NCBI GenBank assembly: GCA_041640575.1
Contig: JBEPZZ010000031.1
Span: 1-20,440 of the forward strand
DNA from: Pseudothermotoga sp.
GTDB taxonomy: Bacteria; Thermotogota; Thermotogae; Thermotogales; DSM-5069
Direction: 5' to 3'
Length of the DNA stretch: 20,440 bases
In this document: in pieces, positions 1-9,037 of the stretch
How positions within the stretch are numbered: the stretch's first letter is position 1
Layout: every line of letters starts with the position of its first letter
Notes under the pieces: generated by a model
Database searches by the model: none
The model's input: the letters and a program-made list of their open reading frames with translations, nothing else
What the model was told of the DNA's origin: nothing
Program-made: the position numbers and the translations under genes

Positions 1-1
1 A

Positions 2-979
2 GGTCCATTGCATTTAGAAATGAGGTTGACTAGGTCACTCTACGAATCATTGGTCAAAGACTTGTTTGAAGCTACGAGAGAACCAATCATGAGAGCTCTC
101 AACGATGCTAAGTTATCACCTAAGGATATCGACGAAGTGATCCTTGTTGGTGGAATGACGAGATCTCCATATGTTCATAAACTGATTTATGAAATCTTTG
201 GAAAGGAACCTAACAAAACTGTCAACCCTGATGAGGCGGTAGCAATTGGTGCAGCGATACAAGCAGCTATCATTGCAGGAAGTGCAAAGCAAAAAGACGT
301 GGTACTTGTCGACGTAACACCACTTACGCTTGGCGTTGAAGTAAAAGGAGGTTTGATGGAACCGGTAATCCCAAGAAATACAACAATACCGGTTAAAAAG
401 AGCAAGATCTTCACTACAGCTGAGGATTACCAAACAGAGGTTGAAATCAGAGTCTACCAGGGTGAAAGAGCTATGGCAAAAGACAACATCTTCCTTGGGA
501 GCTTTAGATTGGTTGATATTCCTCCCGCTCCAAGAGGTGTGCCACAAATTGAGGTTACTTTTGACATAGATAGTGATGGAATAGTCCACGTTTCTGCAAA
601 AGATTTAGCATCTGGTAAGGAACAATCAATGGTAGTAACTGGACGCCATAAATTGAATGATCAGGAAATCAAGCGTATGATGGAAGAAGCTCAAAAATTC
701 GAAGAGCAAGATAGAAAGAAAAGAGAAGAGGTCGAACTCAAAAACAGAGCAGATGATCTTGCCTATACTGTTAGTAAACAACTTAAGGAACATGGTAACA
801 AGCTGCCAGAAGATCTCAGGAGCAATTTGGAAAGGCTGGTCAATGACCTAAGAGACGCAATAAACAAAGACGACATAACAAGAGTAAAATTGCTTTTCGA
901 TGATCTACAACGAGAAAGTATGAAGATAGGTCAATACCTGTACGAAAGTGTTAGAAAGGAACAATCAAGTTCACAATAA
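2..979 (+). CDS. dnaK: Molecular chaperone DnaK (Hsp70), 5'-truncated by the window edge
   Basis: Frame is open from position 2 (GPLHLEM...). Hsp70 motifs [22 protein letters not shown], linker [13 protein letters not shown] and substrate-binding domain [17 protein letters not shown]. Stop TAA at 977-979. Confidence 0.98.
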   Translation, partial: GPLHLEMRLTRSLYESLVKDLFEATREPIMRALNDAKLSPKDIDEVILVGGMTRSPYVHKLIYEIFGKEPNKTVNPDEAVAIGAAIQAAIIAGSAKQKDVVLVDVTPLTLGVEVKGGLMEPVIPRNTTIPVKKSKIFTTAEDYQTEVEIRVYQGERAMAKDNIFLGSFRLVDIPPAPRGVPQIEVTFDIDSDGIVHVSAKDLASGKEQSMVVTGRHKLNDQEIKRMMEEAQKFEEQDRKKREEVELKNRADDLAYTVSKQLKEHGNKLPEDLRSNLERLVNDLRDAINKDDITRVKLLFDDLQRESMKIGQYLYESVRKEQSSSQ

Positions 980-1006
980 AAAAACTTTTAGGAAGGAGGG
1001 GTCAGT

Positions 1007-1450
1007 ATGTTATTGGAAAGAAGAGAGGATTTCTTCAGGCCGTTTAGGCAACTTCAAAGAGAGATTGACAGAATTTTTGAAGACTTCCTCCTACCAGAGA
1101 CACGAAGAAGCTTTAGCTTTGGTTTTGTACCAGAGATCGATGTATACGAAACAGATGATGCTATAACGATTGAGGTCGAAGCTCCTGGAATGGACAAGAA
1201 AGATTTCAAGGTACAAGTTGAGGATGGAGTCTTGAGAATTTGCGGCGAGAAGAAACTCGAACGCGAAAAATCAGACAGGAACTACCACGTTGTTGAGAGA
1301 TCATATGGAAGGTTCGAAAGAGCTGTCCGCCTACCAGACTATGTAGATGCAGACAAAGTTAAAGCAAAATACGAAAACGGAGTTTTGACTCTGACGTTGC
1401 CGAAGAAGGAAGAAAAGAAAGCCAAAGTAGTAGATGTAGAAATAGAATAA
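1007..1450 (+). CDS. Small heat-shock protein (Hsp20/alpha-crystallin family)
   Basis: 147 aa with PEIDVYET, ERSYGRFERAVRLP, AKYENGVLTLTLPK and a C-terminal V-x-I motif (VDVEIE). SD GGAAGGAGG at 991-999. Confidence 0.97.
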   Translation: MLLERREDFFRPFRQLQREIDRIFEDFLLPETRRSFSFGFVPEIDVYETDDAITIEVEAPGMDKKDFKVQVEDGVLRICGEKKLEREKSDRNYHVVERSYGRFERAVRLPDYVDADKVKAKYENGVLTLTLPKKEEKKAKVVDVEIE

Positions 1451-1454
1451 GAAG

Positions 1455-1486
1455 CTAAGGGGCGGGCAACCGCCCCTTAGTATTTC
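1455..1486 (+). terminator. Intra-operon GC-rich hairpin (weak terminator or mRNA stabiliser) between hsp20 and clp
   Basis: CTAAGGGGCGG-GCAA-CCGCCCCTTAG: perfect 11-bp stem with a GNRA loop, followed only by TATTTC (poor U-tract). Confidence 0.75.
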
Positions 1487-1505
1487 AAACAAGGAGGTGA
1501 TCGAA

Positions 1506-3734
1506 ATGATAGATTTTAAAGACTACACGGAAAGTGCACAAAGAGTTTTAAGTTCAGTACAAGATATACTAAATAGATTCTCTCAAAACCAGATGTCCTC
1601 GGAACATATTTTGCTAGCAATTTTGGAGGACAATGATAACGCTGCAGTTGATATTTTGAGAAAAATAGGTGTGAACATAGATTCACTTAGAGAGGAAACA
1701 CTTTCCTTTGTCTCAAGGTATGGAATGCGAGGAGTGTCCATGCCTCAACCTGGCACAGTTTCTCAAGTTTACATAACGCCAGATGCAAGACATGTCCTGG
1801 AAGAAGGAAAAAGAGAAGCGAAGCGAATGGGAGATGAAAAAGTTGGGACAGACCATCTGTTGCTTGGGATGATTCTGACTCCCACTTCTATGACTTATAG
1901 ATTACTGTCGCGCTATGGTGTAACTCCTGACAAAATATACGAAGCTATACGGGATTTAAGAACAAGTGGGAAAACTGCTGAGGATGAAAATGTCGATGTA
2001 CTCTTCAAATTCACAGAAGATCTCACACGTCTTTCAAAAGAAGGTAAATTGTTGCCAGTTATAGGTCGTGAAAGGGAAATAAATCGAGTTATACAAATCC
2101 TTGGAAGGAAATTCAAAAATAACCCCGTCTTGGTTGGAGACCCAGGTGTTGGAAAAACGGCAATAGCTGAAGGTTTAGCTCAAAGAATTGTAGCAGGACA
2201 AGTGCCACCTTTCTTGAGTGGTAAGAAAATCCTCAAACTCGACATGGGCAGGATGATAGCTGGAACAAAATTTAGAGGTGAGTTTGAAGAAAGGATGAAA
2301 AAGCTTGTTGACGCATTGAAAGCAAACGCTAGGCAATACATACTTTTCATTGATGAACTTCATACTGTAGTTGGCGCTGGCGCAGCCGAGGGAGCAATAG
2401 ATGCTGCAAATCTTTTGAAACCAGAGTTGTCTCGTGGAGAAATTCAGGTAATTGGCGCTACTACGATGGCAGAGTACAGAAAATATATTGAAAAAGACAA
2501 AGCCTTGGCAAGAAGATTCCAGCCTGTGCTCATTGAAGAACCATCAATTGAGCAAACGATAGAAATGCTCAGAGGTATAAAGGGAGAATTTGAAAAACAC
2601 CATGGAGTTACTATAACGGATGAAGCCTTGATCGCAGCTGCAAAACTCAGTGCGCGCTACATTACTGAAAGATTCCTTCCAGATAAAGCCATCGATTTGA
2701 TTGACGAGGCAGCTTCAAGTGTTAAATTGGAGTCGAACAGTAAATTAGTAACAGAAGAAGAAATAGCAAAAGTCGTGCAATTGTGGACGGGTATTCCAGT
2801 GACTAAGATTGTTGAATCAGACAAAGAGAAGCTTGTAAAGCTCGAAGAACTTTTGCACAGAAGAATAGTTGACCAAGAAGATGCTGTAAGAATAGTCGCA
2901 CAAACTATAAGAAAATCAAGGGCAGGATTGAAAGATCCAAAACGGCCTGCCGGTGTGTTCCTATTCCTCGGACCGACCGGTGTCGGAAAGACCGAACTTG
3001 CAAAGGCTTTGGCAGAAGTTTTGTTCGGTAGTGAAAACGCTTTGATCAGAATAGACATGAGTGAATATACAGAAAAGCACACTGTCAGTAGATTAATCGG
3101 AGCGCCGCCTGGGTACGTCGGTTACGAAGAGGGTGGTCAGTTAACAGAGCAAGTTAGAAGGAAACCATACAGCATAATATTACTTGACGAAGTGGAAAAA
3201 GCTCATCCTGAAATTTTCAATGTCTTGCTTCAAGTCTTTGATGATGGAAGGCTTACAAGTGCAAACGGCACAGTCGTTGACTTCAAAAATACCGTAATAA
3301 TAATGACAAGTAACATAGCCAGTGAACATATTTTAGATTTGCTCGAAGATGGGGTTAAAGATTTGACACCTGTCATCGAGGAAGAAATGAGGAGATACTT
3401 CAAACCGGAATTTATAAACAGGATAGACGCTGCGGTTATTTTCAAACCATTGAGTATCGACCATATGAAAGCAATTGTGGATTTGCAATTGGAAAAGTTA
3501 AGAGAAAGAGTCAGAGAGCAAAAACGCGATGTGATTTTCACAGAGAAGCTAAAAGAATATCTTGCACAAAGAGGTTACATACCAGCGCTTGGAGCAAGGC
3601 CTTTAAGAAGAGTTATAGAAAATGAAGTTGAATCGCTTCTTGCCGATAAGATTATCTCTGGAGAATTCAAGGAAGGCTCAACCTTGGTGGTAGATGCTGA
3701 CGAGTACGGCGTGGTTGTGAAAGAGGGGCAATGA
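1506..3734 (+). CDS. Hsp100/Clp AAA+ ATPase (Clp N-domain plus two NBDs; ClpA/B/C family, no middle domain)
   Basis: Two Clp-N repeats ([18 protein letters not shown]). NBD1 has [13 protein letters not shown] and pore loop KFRG. NBD2 has [12 protein letters not shown] and GAPPGYVG. C-terminal GARPLRR. SD AGGAGGTGA at 1492-1500 favours ATG 1506 over GTG 1497. Confidence 0.96.
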   Translation: MIDFKDYTESAQRVLSSVQDILNRFSQNQMSSEHILLAILEDNDNAAVDILRKIGVNIDSLREETLSFVSRYGMRGVSMPQPGTVSQVYITPDARHVLEEGKREAKRMGDEKVGTDHLLLGMILTPTSMTYRLLSRYGVTPDKIYEAIRDLRTSGKTAEDENVDVLFKFTEDLTRLSKEGKLLPVIGREREINRVIQILGRKFKNNPVLVGDPGVGKTAIAEGLAQRIVAGQVPPFLSGKKILKLDMGRMIAGTKFRGEFEERMKKLVDALKANARQYILFIDELHTVVGAGAAEGAIDAANLLKPELSRGEIQVIGATTMAEYRKYIEKDKALARRFQPVLIEEPSIEQTIEMLRGIKGEFEKHHGVTITDEALIAAAKLSARYITERFLPDKAIDLIDEAASSVKLESNSKLVTEEEIAKVVQLWTGIPVTKIVESDKEKLVKLEELLHRRIVDQEDAVRIVAQTIRKSRAGLKDPKRPAGVFLFLGPTGVGKTELAKALAEVLFGSENALIRIDMSEYTEKHTVSRLIGAPPGYVGYEEGGQLTEQVRRKPYSIILLDEVEKAHPEIFNVLLQVFDDGRLTSANGTVVDFKNTVIIMTSNIASEHILDLLEDGVKDLTPVIEEEMRRYFKPEFINRIDAAVIFKPLSIDHMKAIVDLQLEKLRERVREQKRDVIFTEKLKEYLAQRGYIPALGARPLRRVIENEVESLLADKIISGEFKEGSTLVVDADEYGVVVKEGQ

Positions 3735-3751
3735 AGTTGCCCCTCTTTTTT
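3720..3751 (+). terminator. Rho-independent terminator of the chaperone operon, overlapping the clp stop codon
   Basis: AAAGAGGGGCAA-TGAAG-TTGCCCCTCTTT followed by a T-run. The TGA stop (3732-3734) lies in the loop. Confidence 0.88.
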
Positions 3752-3810
3752 CAACCTGTGAAGATTAATTACAGTCAAAACAAAAAATGAAAGATTGGAC
3801 GGTGAAAAAA

Positions 3811-4665
3811 ATGCATAATGCTGTTAATGAGATTTGCGATTTCATCTCTGATTTCATAAACTCTTATGGTTTCAAGGGAATTGTGATTGGAATCAGTGGT
3901 GGTTTGGATTCAGCAGTGGTGGCTGCTCTGTGTGAAAGAACTCTGGGAAAGGAAAAAATTTTTGGAATGGTACTTCCAGAGAGAGATTCTTCAAAGCAGA
4001 CTGTGAAAGATGCAAAGCTCGTTTGTGAGTGGCTTGGTATTCCTTACAAGGTAAGATCCATAACGCCTGTTTTGAGAAGAATAGGAGTTTATAAATTATT
4101 CCCACCTGCTAGTCTTTTCCCAAGAGGTTTTCAGGAGAAGTATGTTCTTAGTAAGTGGAAAAGACTTTCGGAAGATCCGTTCATCGATGACCTTTTGACC
4201 CGTGGCAACGGGGAATTTTTAAAAGGCTTAGCTTTCTATCGGATTAAGCATCGCGTGAGAATGTGCCTTTTGTACTTTGAGGCTGAACGCAGAGGATACT
4301 GCGTTGCGAGCACAGAAAACAAAACAGAACTTTTGACAGGTTTATACGTTAAGTGGGGAGATGAGTGTGGCGATATTAGTCCAATCGCACATTTGTACAA
4401 AACTGAGGTATTTGCTTTGGCAGAGGAGCTTGGTGTACCTGAAAGAATTATTAAAAAAGCTCCTAGCCCTGATCTGATACCCGGCATAAACGACGAATTC
4501 GTTTTTGGTATGACCTATCAAGAACTAGATCAATTACTAATGACCATAGAAAACGGTGAAAATTTGTCGATGTTCCCATTCGAAAAAGTTGATCGTATCA
4601 GAAAAATCATTGAAGCAGCAAAAATTAGAAACTTAAGAAACCGCAGGATTGAATCCTGCGGATAA
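3811..4665 (+). CDS. nadE: NH3-dependent NAD+ synthetase (no glutaminase domain)
   Basis: PP-loop IGISGGLDSAV, KHRVRM, TENKTE..G.YVKWGD, PIAHLYKTEV and KAPSPDL. SD-like GGACGGTGA at 3797-3805 favours ATG 3811; the alternative start is ATG 3787. Confidence 0.9.
   Translation: MHNAVNEICDFISDFINSYGFKGIVIGISGGLDSAVVAALCERTLGKEKIFGMVLPERDSSKQTVKDAKLVCEWLGIPYKVRSITPVLRRIGVYKLFPPASLFPRGFQEKYVLSKWKRLSEDPFIDDLLTRGNGEFLKGLAFYRIKHRVRMCLLYFEAERRGYCVASTENKTELLTGLYVKWGDECGDISPIAHLYKTEVFALAEELGVPERIIKKAPSPDLIPGINDEFVFGMTYQELDQLLMTIENGENLSMFPFEKVDRIRKIIEAAKIRNLRNRRIESCG
4632..4661 (-). terminator. Terminator of the minus-strand MarR-ABC operon, embedded in the nadE 3' coding end
   Basis: CCGCAGGATT-G-AATCCTGCGG perfect inverted repeat at 4641-4661. 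It is followed by TTTCTT on the minus strand and by no U-tract on the plus strand. Confidence 0.7.
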
Positions 4666-4679
4666 AATCTTATTCGTGC

Positions 4680-6566
4680 TTACGAACTAACAAAAGCACC
4701 GAGAAACTGACTTCTGTAAAGCTCGGCGTAGAAACCACCTTTTTCAATAAGTTGCTTATGAGTTCCTGTCTCGACGATTTTTCCCTCATTCATGACGAGT
4801 ATCAAGTCGGCATTTTTAATTGTTGAAAGCCTGTGTGCTATCACAAAGCTGGTCCTACCTTTCATCAGATCTTGCATGGCTCTCTGTATGTATATCTCCG
4901 TCAAGGTATCAACATTGCTTGTTGCTTCGTCTAAAATGAGTATATCTGGATCTACCAAGAAAGCTCTGGCGATTGTTATGAGCTGCTTCTCACCTTGAGA
5001 AATATTTGTAGCTTCTTCATTGATAACAGTGTTATAGCCATCGGGTAATGCCATGATGAAGTGGTGAGCTTGGGCAGCCTTAGCTGCTTTAACGATTTCG
5101 TCCTCACTTGCATCAAGTTTGCCGTAGGCTATGTTTTCTCTTATTGTTCCGTTGAATAACCATGTGTCTTGTAAAACCATACCAAAAGTTCTCCTCAGGT
5201 TTGATTTGACAATTTGTCTAATATCAATCCCATCGATTGTAATTCTCCCAGATTGTATTTCATAGAACCTCATCAGAAGGTTTACTAGAGTTGTTTTGCC
5301 TGCTCCAGTCGGCCCAACGATAGCTATCTTTTGCCCACTTTTGATTTCTATACTTAGATCCTCAATTAAAGGTCTATCAGGCAAATACCGAAAATGAACC
5401 TTTTCGAATTTCACGTTTCCTGAAACTTTTTCAAGTTTGACTGCATCGGCTTTGTCTGGCTGTTCCTCTTCTTCATCTAGAATTTCGAATACTCTTTCTG
5501 CCGCAGCAATCGTTGACTGTATTAGGTTAGCAATATTGGAAATCTGAACTATTGGCTGGGTGAATTGACGAGAGTATTGTATGAAAGCCTGTACGTCACC
5601 TATAGTTATTACCCTTCTGGTAACAAGAATTCCACCAGCAACCGAGACTATTACATAACCAACGTTTCCGATAAAGTTCATTAGTGGCATTATCATTCCA
5701 GATAGAAATTGTGCTTTGTGGCTTGTTTGGTACAACTCTTCATTTATCCTTTCAAATTTTTCAATAACATCCTTTTCCTTACAGTAAGCTTTGACTATTA
5801 CATGTCCGCCGTAAGTCTCTTCAACATGCCCAGTTAAATTTCCAATCAGTTTCTGCTGCTTTGAGAAGAACTTTTGCGAGTACCTTGTGATAAATAAAGT
5901 CACAAGAATGCTGAGGGGCAAAGTAAGAGTCGTCACTAACGTCAGTAGAGGACTTATTGTGAGCATCATTATTATCACGCCGACAATTGCAATTATTCCA
6001 GAGATAAACTGGACCAAATTCTGTTGAAGTGTATTGCTTATAAGATCTATATCATTGGTGACCCTGCTTATTATTTCTCCATGTGTTTTTGAATCATAGA
6101 ATTTCAAAGGAAGCTTCGTGAGCTTTTCCGATACCTCTGTTCTCATTTTCATAACGATTTTTTGTGAAACATTTGCCATTAAAAACTGTTGTATAAAATT
6201 AAGCAGAGCACTTAAAATATAGAGAATCGCGACCCATGAAAGTATTCTAAATACATATTCAAAGTTAATCCCTGGGTTTGGTAACCTAAAAATTTTTGCG
6301 AAGGTTCCTCTGAAGATTTCTGTAGTAGCTCTACCGAGAATCTTTGGGGCAACTATGGTTAAGATAGTTGCAAATATTGTTGCTGCAAAGGCGATTATTA
6401 TCCAAAAAAGGTGGGGCTTTAAATACTTTACCAATCTCTTTGTAGTTTCAATTGGTCGTTTTGGTTTTTCTTTTTGAAGTATCAATGGACCACCAGGCCT
6501 TGGCCCACGCATAGGTATTTGTTTGCTAAATTTGTCAACGTGTTCTTGCTTTCTCTCATGCGCCAT
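4680..6566 (-). CDS. Heterodimeric ABC exporter subunit (TMD+NBD; TM288/EfrD/YfiC-like)
   Basis: N-terminal TM domain. Walker A GPTGAGKT, canonical Walker B ILILDE and switch AHR, non-canonical signature ISQGEKQ. Confidence 0.95.
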   Translation of the reverse strand: MAHERKQEHVDKFSKQIPMRGPRPGGPLILQKEKPKRPIETTKRLVKYLKPHLFWIIIAFAATIFATILTIVAPKILGRATTEIFRGTFAKIFRLPNPGINFEYVFRILSWVAILYILSALLNFIQQFLMANVSQKIVMKMRTEVSEKLTKLPLKFYDSKTHGEIISRVTNDIDLISNTLQQNLVQFISGIIAIVGVIIMMLTISPLLTLVTTLTLPLSILVTLFITRYSQKFFSKQQKLIGNLTGHVEETYGGHVIVKAYCKEKDVIEKFERINEELYQTSHKAQFLSGMIMPLMNFIGNVGYVIVSVAGGILVTRRVITIGDVQAFIQYSRQFTQPIVQISNIANLIQSTIAAAERVFEILDEEEEQPDKADAVKLEKVSGNVKFEKVHFRYLPDRPLIEDLSIEIKSGQKIAIVGPTGAGKTTLVNLLMRFYEIQSGRITIDGIDIRQIVKSNLRRTFGMVLQDTWLFNGTIRENIAYGKLDASEDEIVKAAKAAQAHHFIMALPDGYNTVINEEATNISQGEKQLITIARAFLVDPDILILDEATSNVDTLTEIYIQRAMQDLMKGRTSFVIAHRLSTIKNADLILVMNEGKIVETGTHKQLIEKGGFYAELYRSQFLGAFVSS

Positions 6567-8298
6567 TTACTTCACCCCCAATTGCCTCTTCTTCTGAAAT
6601 TTGTGATAGAACCATTTCTCGGTAAACTTGGTTATGCCTCAAAAGTTCTTCATGTTTTCCCATACCTTTTATTTCGCCGTCTCTTAGGACAATGATCTGA
6701 TCTGCGTGCATTATGGTAGCAACTCTTTGAGCAACAACTATTACGGTTGAATCCTTAAGCTTGGTGAACAAATTTCTCCTTATTCGTGCATCTGTCCTGA
6801 AATCTAACGCCGAGAAAGTATCGTCAAAAAGGTATATCTTGGGCCTTGATGCAATTGATCTAGCAATTGAAATTCTTTGCTTTTGTCCACCCGAGATATC
6901 CGTACCACCTTGAGCTATCTCCGTATTTAAACCATTAGGCATCTTTGATGCGAATTCATTGACTTCAGCTAACTTAGCCGCTTCGATCACATCATCGTCT
7001 GAAATTTGCCTTCCAAACCTTATGTTTTCCGCTACTGATGCTGCAAATATAACAGGCCTTTGTGGAGCATATCCGATTGCACTTCTTAGAATTTTCAATG
7101 GAATTTTTCTTATGTCTACTCCATCCAGCTTTATGCTACCTTCGGTGACATCATAAAATCTTAATATTAAGTTCAAAATAGTTGTCTTTCCAGAGCCTGT
7201 ACTTCCTATGATTGCTGTAACTTTACCTGGTTCAGCTTTGAAGGAAATATTTTTTAGCACAGGTTCTCTCGCACCAGGATAGGTGAAACTAACGTTTTCA
7301 AATTCTACAAGCCCTTTTACATCCGGAACAATCTTATCTTCTGGATCCAAAATCGATGGTTCAGTTTCCAATACTTCAAAGATTCTTTTAGTAGAAACAG
7401 AGGCCCTTGAGAGGAATATAAATATCGTTGAGATAAAGATCAAAGCAAACATTATTTGCATCACATATTGCATCACGGCCATCATTGAACCAACTTGTAG
7501 TTTTCCAATATCTATCTGTTTTGCTCCAAGCCAAATTATCGCTACAGTTGTCAAGCTCATAACAACACTTATAAGTGGGAAAGTGATCGCCATAAGTCTG
7601 TTTGTCTTCAACGAAGTTTGGGTGAGATCAAGATTGGCTTTCTCAAATCTCTTTTTCTCGTATTCATCTCTATCAAAGGCTCTTATAACTCTTACACCCG
7701 TAACTCTTTCTCTAACAACTAAGTTTAATTTGTCGATTTTTTCTTGCATTTTTTGGAAAAGTGGTACAGCGATTCTGTACACAAGAAAGAAAATTGCCAA
7801 AGACAATGGAACGGTGATCAAAAGAACTTTTGTCAAACTTGGACTCTTGCTCAGTGCCATTATTATTCCACCGATTGCCAGCGTTGGTGCTCTAATGACC
7901 ATTCTAAGCATCATGAAAACAGCTTGTTGAGCTTGGACGACATCGTTGGTCGTTCTAGTTATGAGCGAAGCTGTGCTGAATTTGTCCATTTCATGGAGTG
8001 AAAAGCTTTGAACTTTTCTAAACAGATCGTTCCTCAGATCCTTACCAACACCCATTGAAACCTTGGCTGAAGTGTAGCTTGCCAGAATCATAGCAGCTAT
8101 ACCTAGACCAGAGTAGAAAAGCATTTTTGCTCCGACTTTCCAAATGTAATTTGTATCGCCGGTTGCTATTCCCTTGTCGACAATTTTTGACATTAAATCT
8201 GGTAAATAAAGAGTTATAAATGACTCAAAAATAACCAAAGCGATCGTCAAAATAGCTAACCATTTGTAGTGTTTAACATACGCAAGAACCTTTATCAT
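6556..8298 (-). CDS. Heterodimeric ABC exporter subunit (TMD+NBD; TM287/EfrC/YfiB-like)
   Basis: ITRTTNDV coupling region. Walker A GSTGSGKT, signature ISGGQKQR, degenerate Walker B IYLFDD and switch AQR. SD GGAGG upstream. Overlaps the partner gene by 11 nt. Confidence 0.95.
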   Translation of the reverse strand: MIKVLAYVKHYKWLAILTIALVIFESFITLYLPDLMSKIVDKGIATGDTNYIWKVGAKMLFYSGLGIAAMILASYTSAKVSMGVGKDLRNDLFRKVQSFSLHEMDKFSTASLITRTTNDVVQAQQAVFMMLRMVIRAPTLAIGGIIMALSKSPSLTKVLLITVPLSLAIFFLVYRIAVPLFQKMQEKIDKLNLVVRERVTGVRVIRAFDRDEYEKKRFEKANLDLTQTSLKTNRLMAITFPLISVVMSLTTVAIIWLGAKQIDIGKLQVGSMMAVMQYVMQIMFALIFISTIFIFLSRASVSTKRIFEVLETEPSILDPEDKIVPDVKGLVEFENVSFTYPGAREPVLKNISFKAEPGKVTAIIGSTGSGKTTILNLILRFYDVTEGSIKLDGVDIRKIPLKILRSAIGYAPQRPVIFAASVAENIRFGRQISDDDVIEAAKLAEVNEFASKMPNGLNTEIAQGGTDISGGQKQRISIARSIASRPKIYLFDDTFSALDFRTDARIRRNLFTKLKDSTVIVVAQRVATIMHADQIIVLRDGEIKGMGKHEELLRHNQVYREMVLSQISEEEAIGGEVNGA

Positions 8299-8734
8299 GG
8301 CACCATCCTCCAGACTGTTTTTTCAAGTTGTTCAGTATTCTGTCCAAAAATTGGTTAAAAACTTCTAATTCATTGGAAGAAAACCCTTCGATTGCTTTTT
8401 CATCGACAACTTCCAATGCTTTTTGAATCTCATCGATTATCGATTTCCCCCGCTGAGTCAAGAAGACTCTTTGGCTTCTTCGATCATTTTTGTCCTGAGT
8501 TCGATATATCAAATCTGTTTTTTCCATTCTTCTGAGCATCACTGCAATTGTGGCTGGCCTGACGTCCAGCTTTTCTGCAATTTGTCGTTGCGTCATTCCG
8601 CTGTTTTTCCAAAGTAGCATTAGTATAGGTACCTGACCAGGATGAACTGACAAATGATCGAACTTATTCTTTAGCAAACGAAAGCGTATCTTTTGAATCA
8701 TAAAAAGTTTTTTCATTACATCTAGCGGGTTCAA
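8273..8734 (-). CDS. MarR-family transcriptional regulator
   Basis: wHTH MTQRQIAEKLDVRPATIAVMLRRMEK and wing DKNDRRSQRVFLT. TTG start preceded by SD GGAGGTGA (8746-8739). Confidence 0.95.
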   Translation of the reverse strand: MNPLDVMKKLFMIQKIRFRLLKNKFDHLSVHPGQVPILMLLWKNSGMTQRQIAEKLDVRPATIAVMLRRMEKTDLIYRTQDKNDRRSQRVFLTQRGKSIIDEIQKALEVVDEKAIEGFSSNELEVFNQFLDRILNNLKKQSGGWCHDKGSCVC

Positions 8735-8748
8735 ATCTTCACCTCCAA

Positions 8749-8783
8749 TATATTAGACGTCTAACAGTTAGACGTCTAATATA
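8749..8783. promoter_or_regulatory. Putative MarR operator: perfect 35-bp palindrome made of two TTAGACGTCTAA palindromes
   Basis: TATATTAGACGTCTAAC-A-GTTAGACGTCTAATATA, with the 12-mers at 8753-8764 and 8768-8779. Lies between the promoter and the SD of the MarR gene. Confidence 0.85.
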
Positions 8784-8810
8784 ATAATCCAAAAACTTTC
8801 AGATTGTCAA
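8781..8810 (-). promoter_or_regulatory. Sigma70-type promoter of the MarR-ABC operon
   Basis: Minus strand TTGACA (8810-8805), 18-nt spacer, TATTAT (8786-8781). Confidence 0.7.
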
Positions 8811-8869
8811 GAAAAACAATCGCTTTTGATTGGCTTTAATGTACCAATTTATCTTTACAGCGTCAGTAC

Positions 8870-8897
8870 TTGATAAACTCAAAATTTGTGATATCAT
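8870..8897 (+). promoter_or_regulatory. Putative promoter of tRNA-Pro
   Basis: TTGATA (8870-8875), 16-nt spacer, extended -10 TGa-TATCAT (8889-8897). Confidence 0.55.
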
Positions 8898-8934
8898 ATA
8901 CTTTGGTCACTTTAGATAGTACTTAGGTATGAGT

Positions 8935-9011
8935 CGGGGCGTAGCGCAGACGGCTAGCGCGCCTGCCTTGGGAGCAGGAGGTCGCTGGTTCAAGTCCAGT
9001 CGCCCCGACCA
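8935..9011 (+). tRNA. tRNA-Pro (anticodon TGG)
   Basis: 77 nt. Acceptor CGGGGCG/CGCCCCG, anticodon arm CCTGC-CTTGGGA-GCAGG, T-loop GGTTCAAGTCC, encoded CCA. Confidence 0.98.
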
Positions 9012-9037
9012 TTTTTTATTCTTATTTGTTTATAAAA

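Noticed and set aside
980..1505. CIRCE/HrcA element in the chaperone operon
   Set aside because: No TTAGCACTC-N9-GAGTGCTAA in the intergenic gaps. The operon's promoter is outside the window.
3756..3774. Rex-like imperfect palindrome CTGTGAAGATTAATTACAG upstream of nadE
   Set aside because: Spacing is one base off the TTGTGAA-N4-TTCACAA consensus and the right half matches poorly.
7283..7930. 215-aa plus-strand ORF, and the other short antisense ORFs in the track (e.g. 116-589, 2657-3082, 11169-11603, 20070-20252)
   Set aside because: They are shadows of well-supported genes on the opposite strand or frame, with no recognisable motifs.
8749..8783. CRISPR repeat or IS end interpretation of the palindrome
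   Set aside because: Only two units separated by 3 nt, with no spacers, cas genes or transposase. Its position fits an operator.
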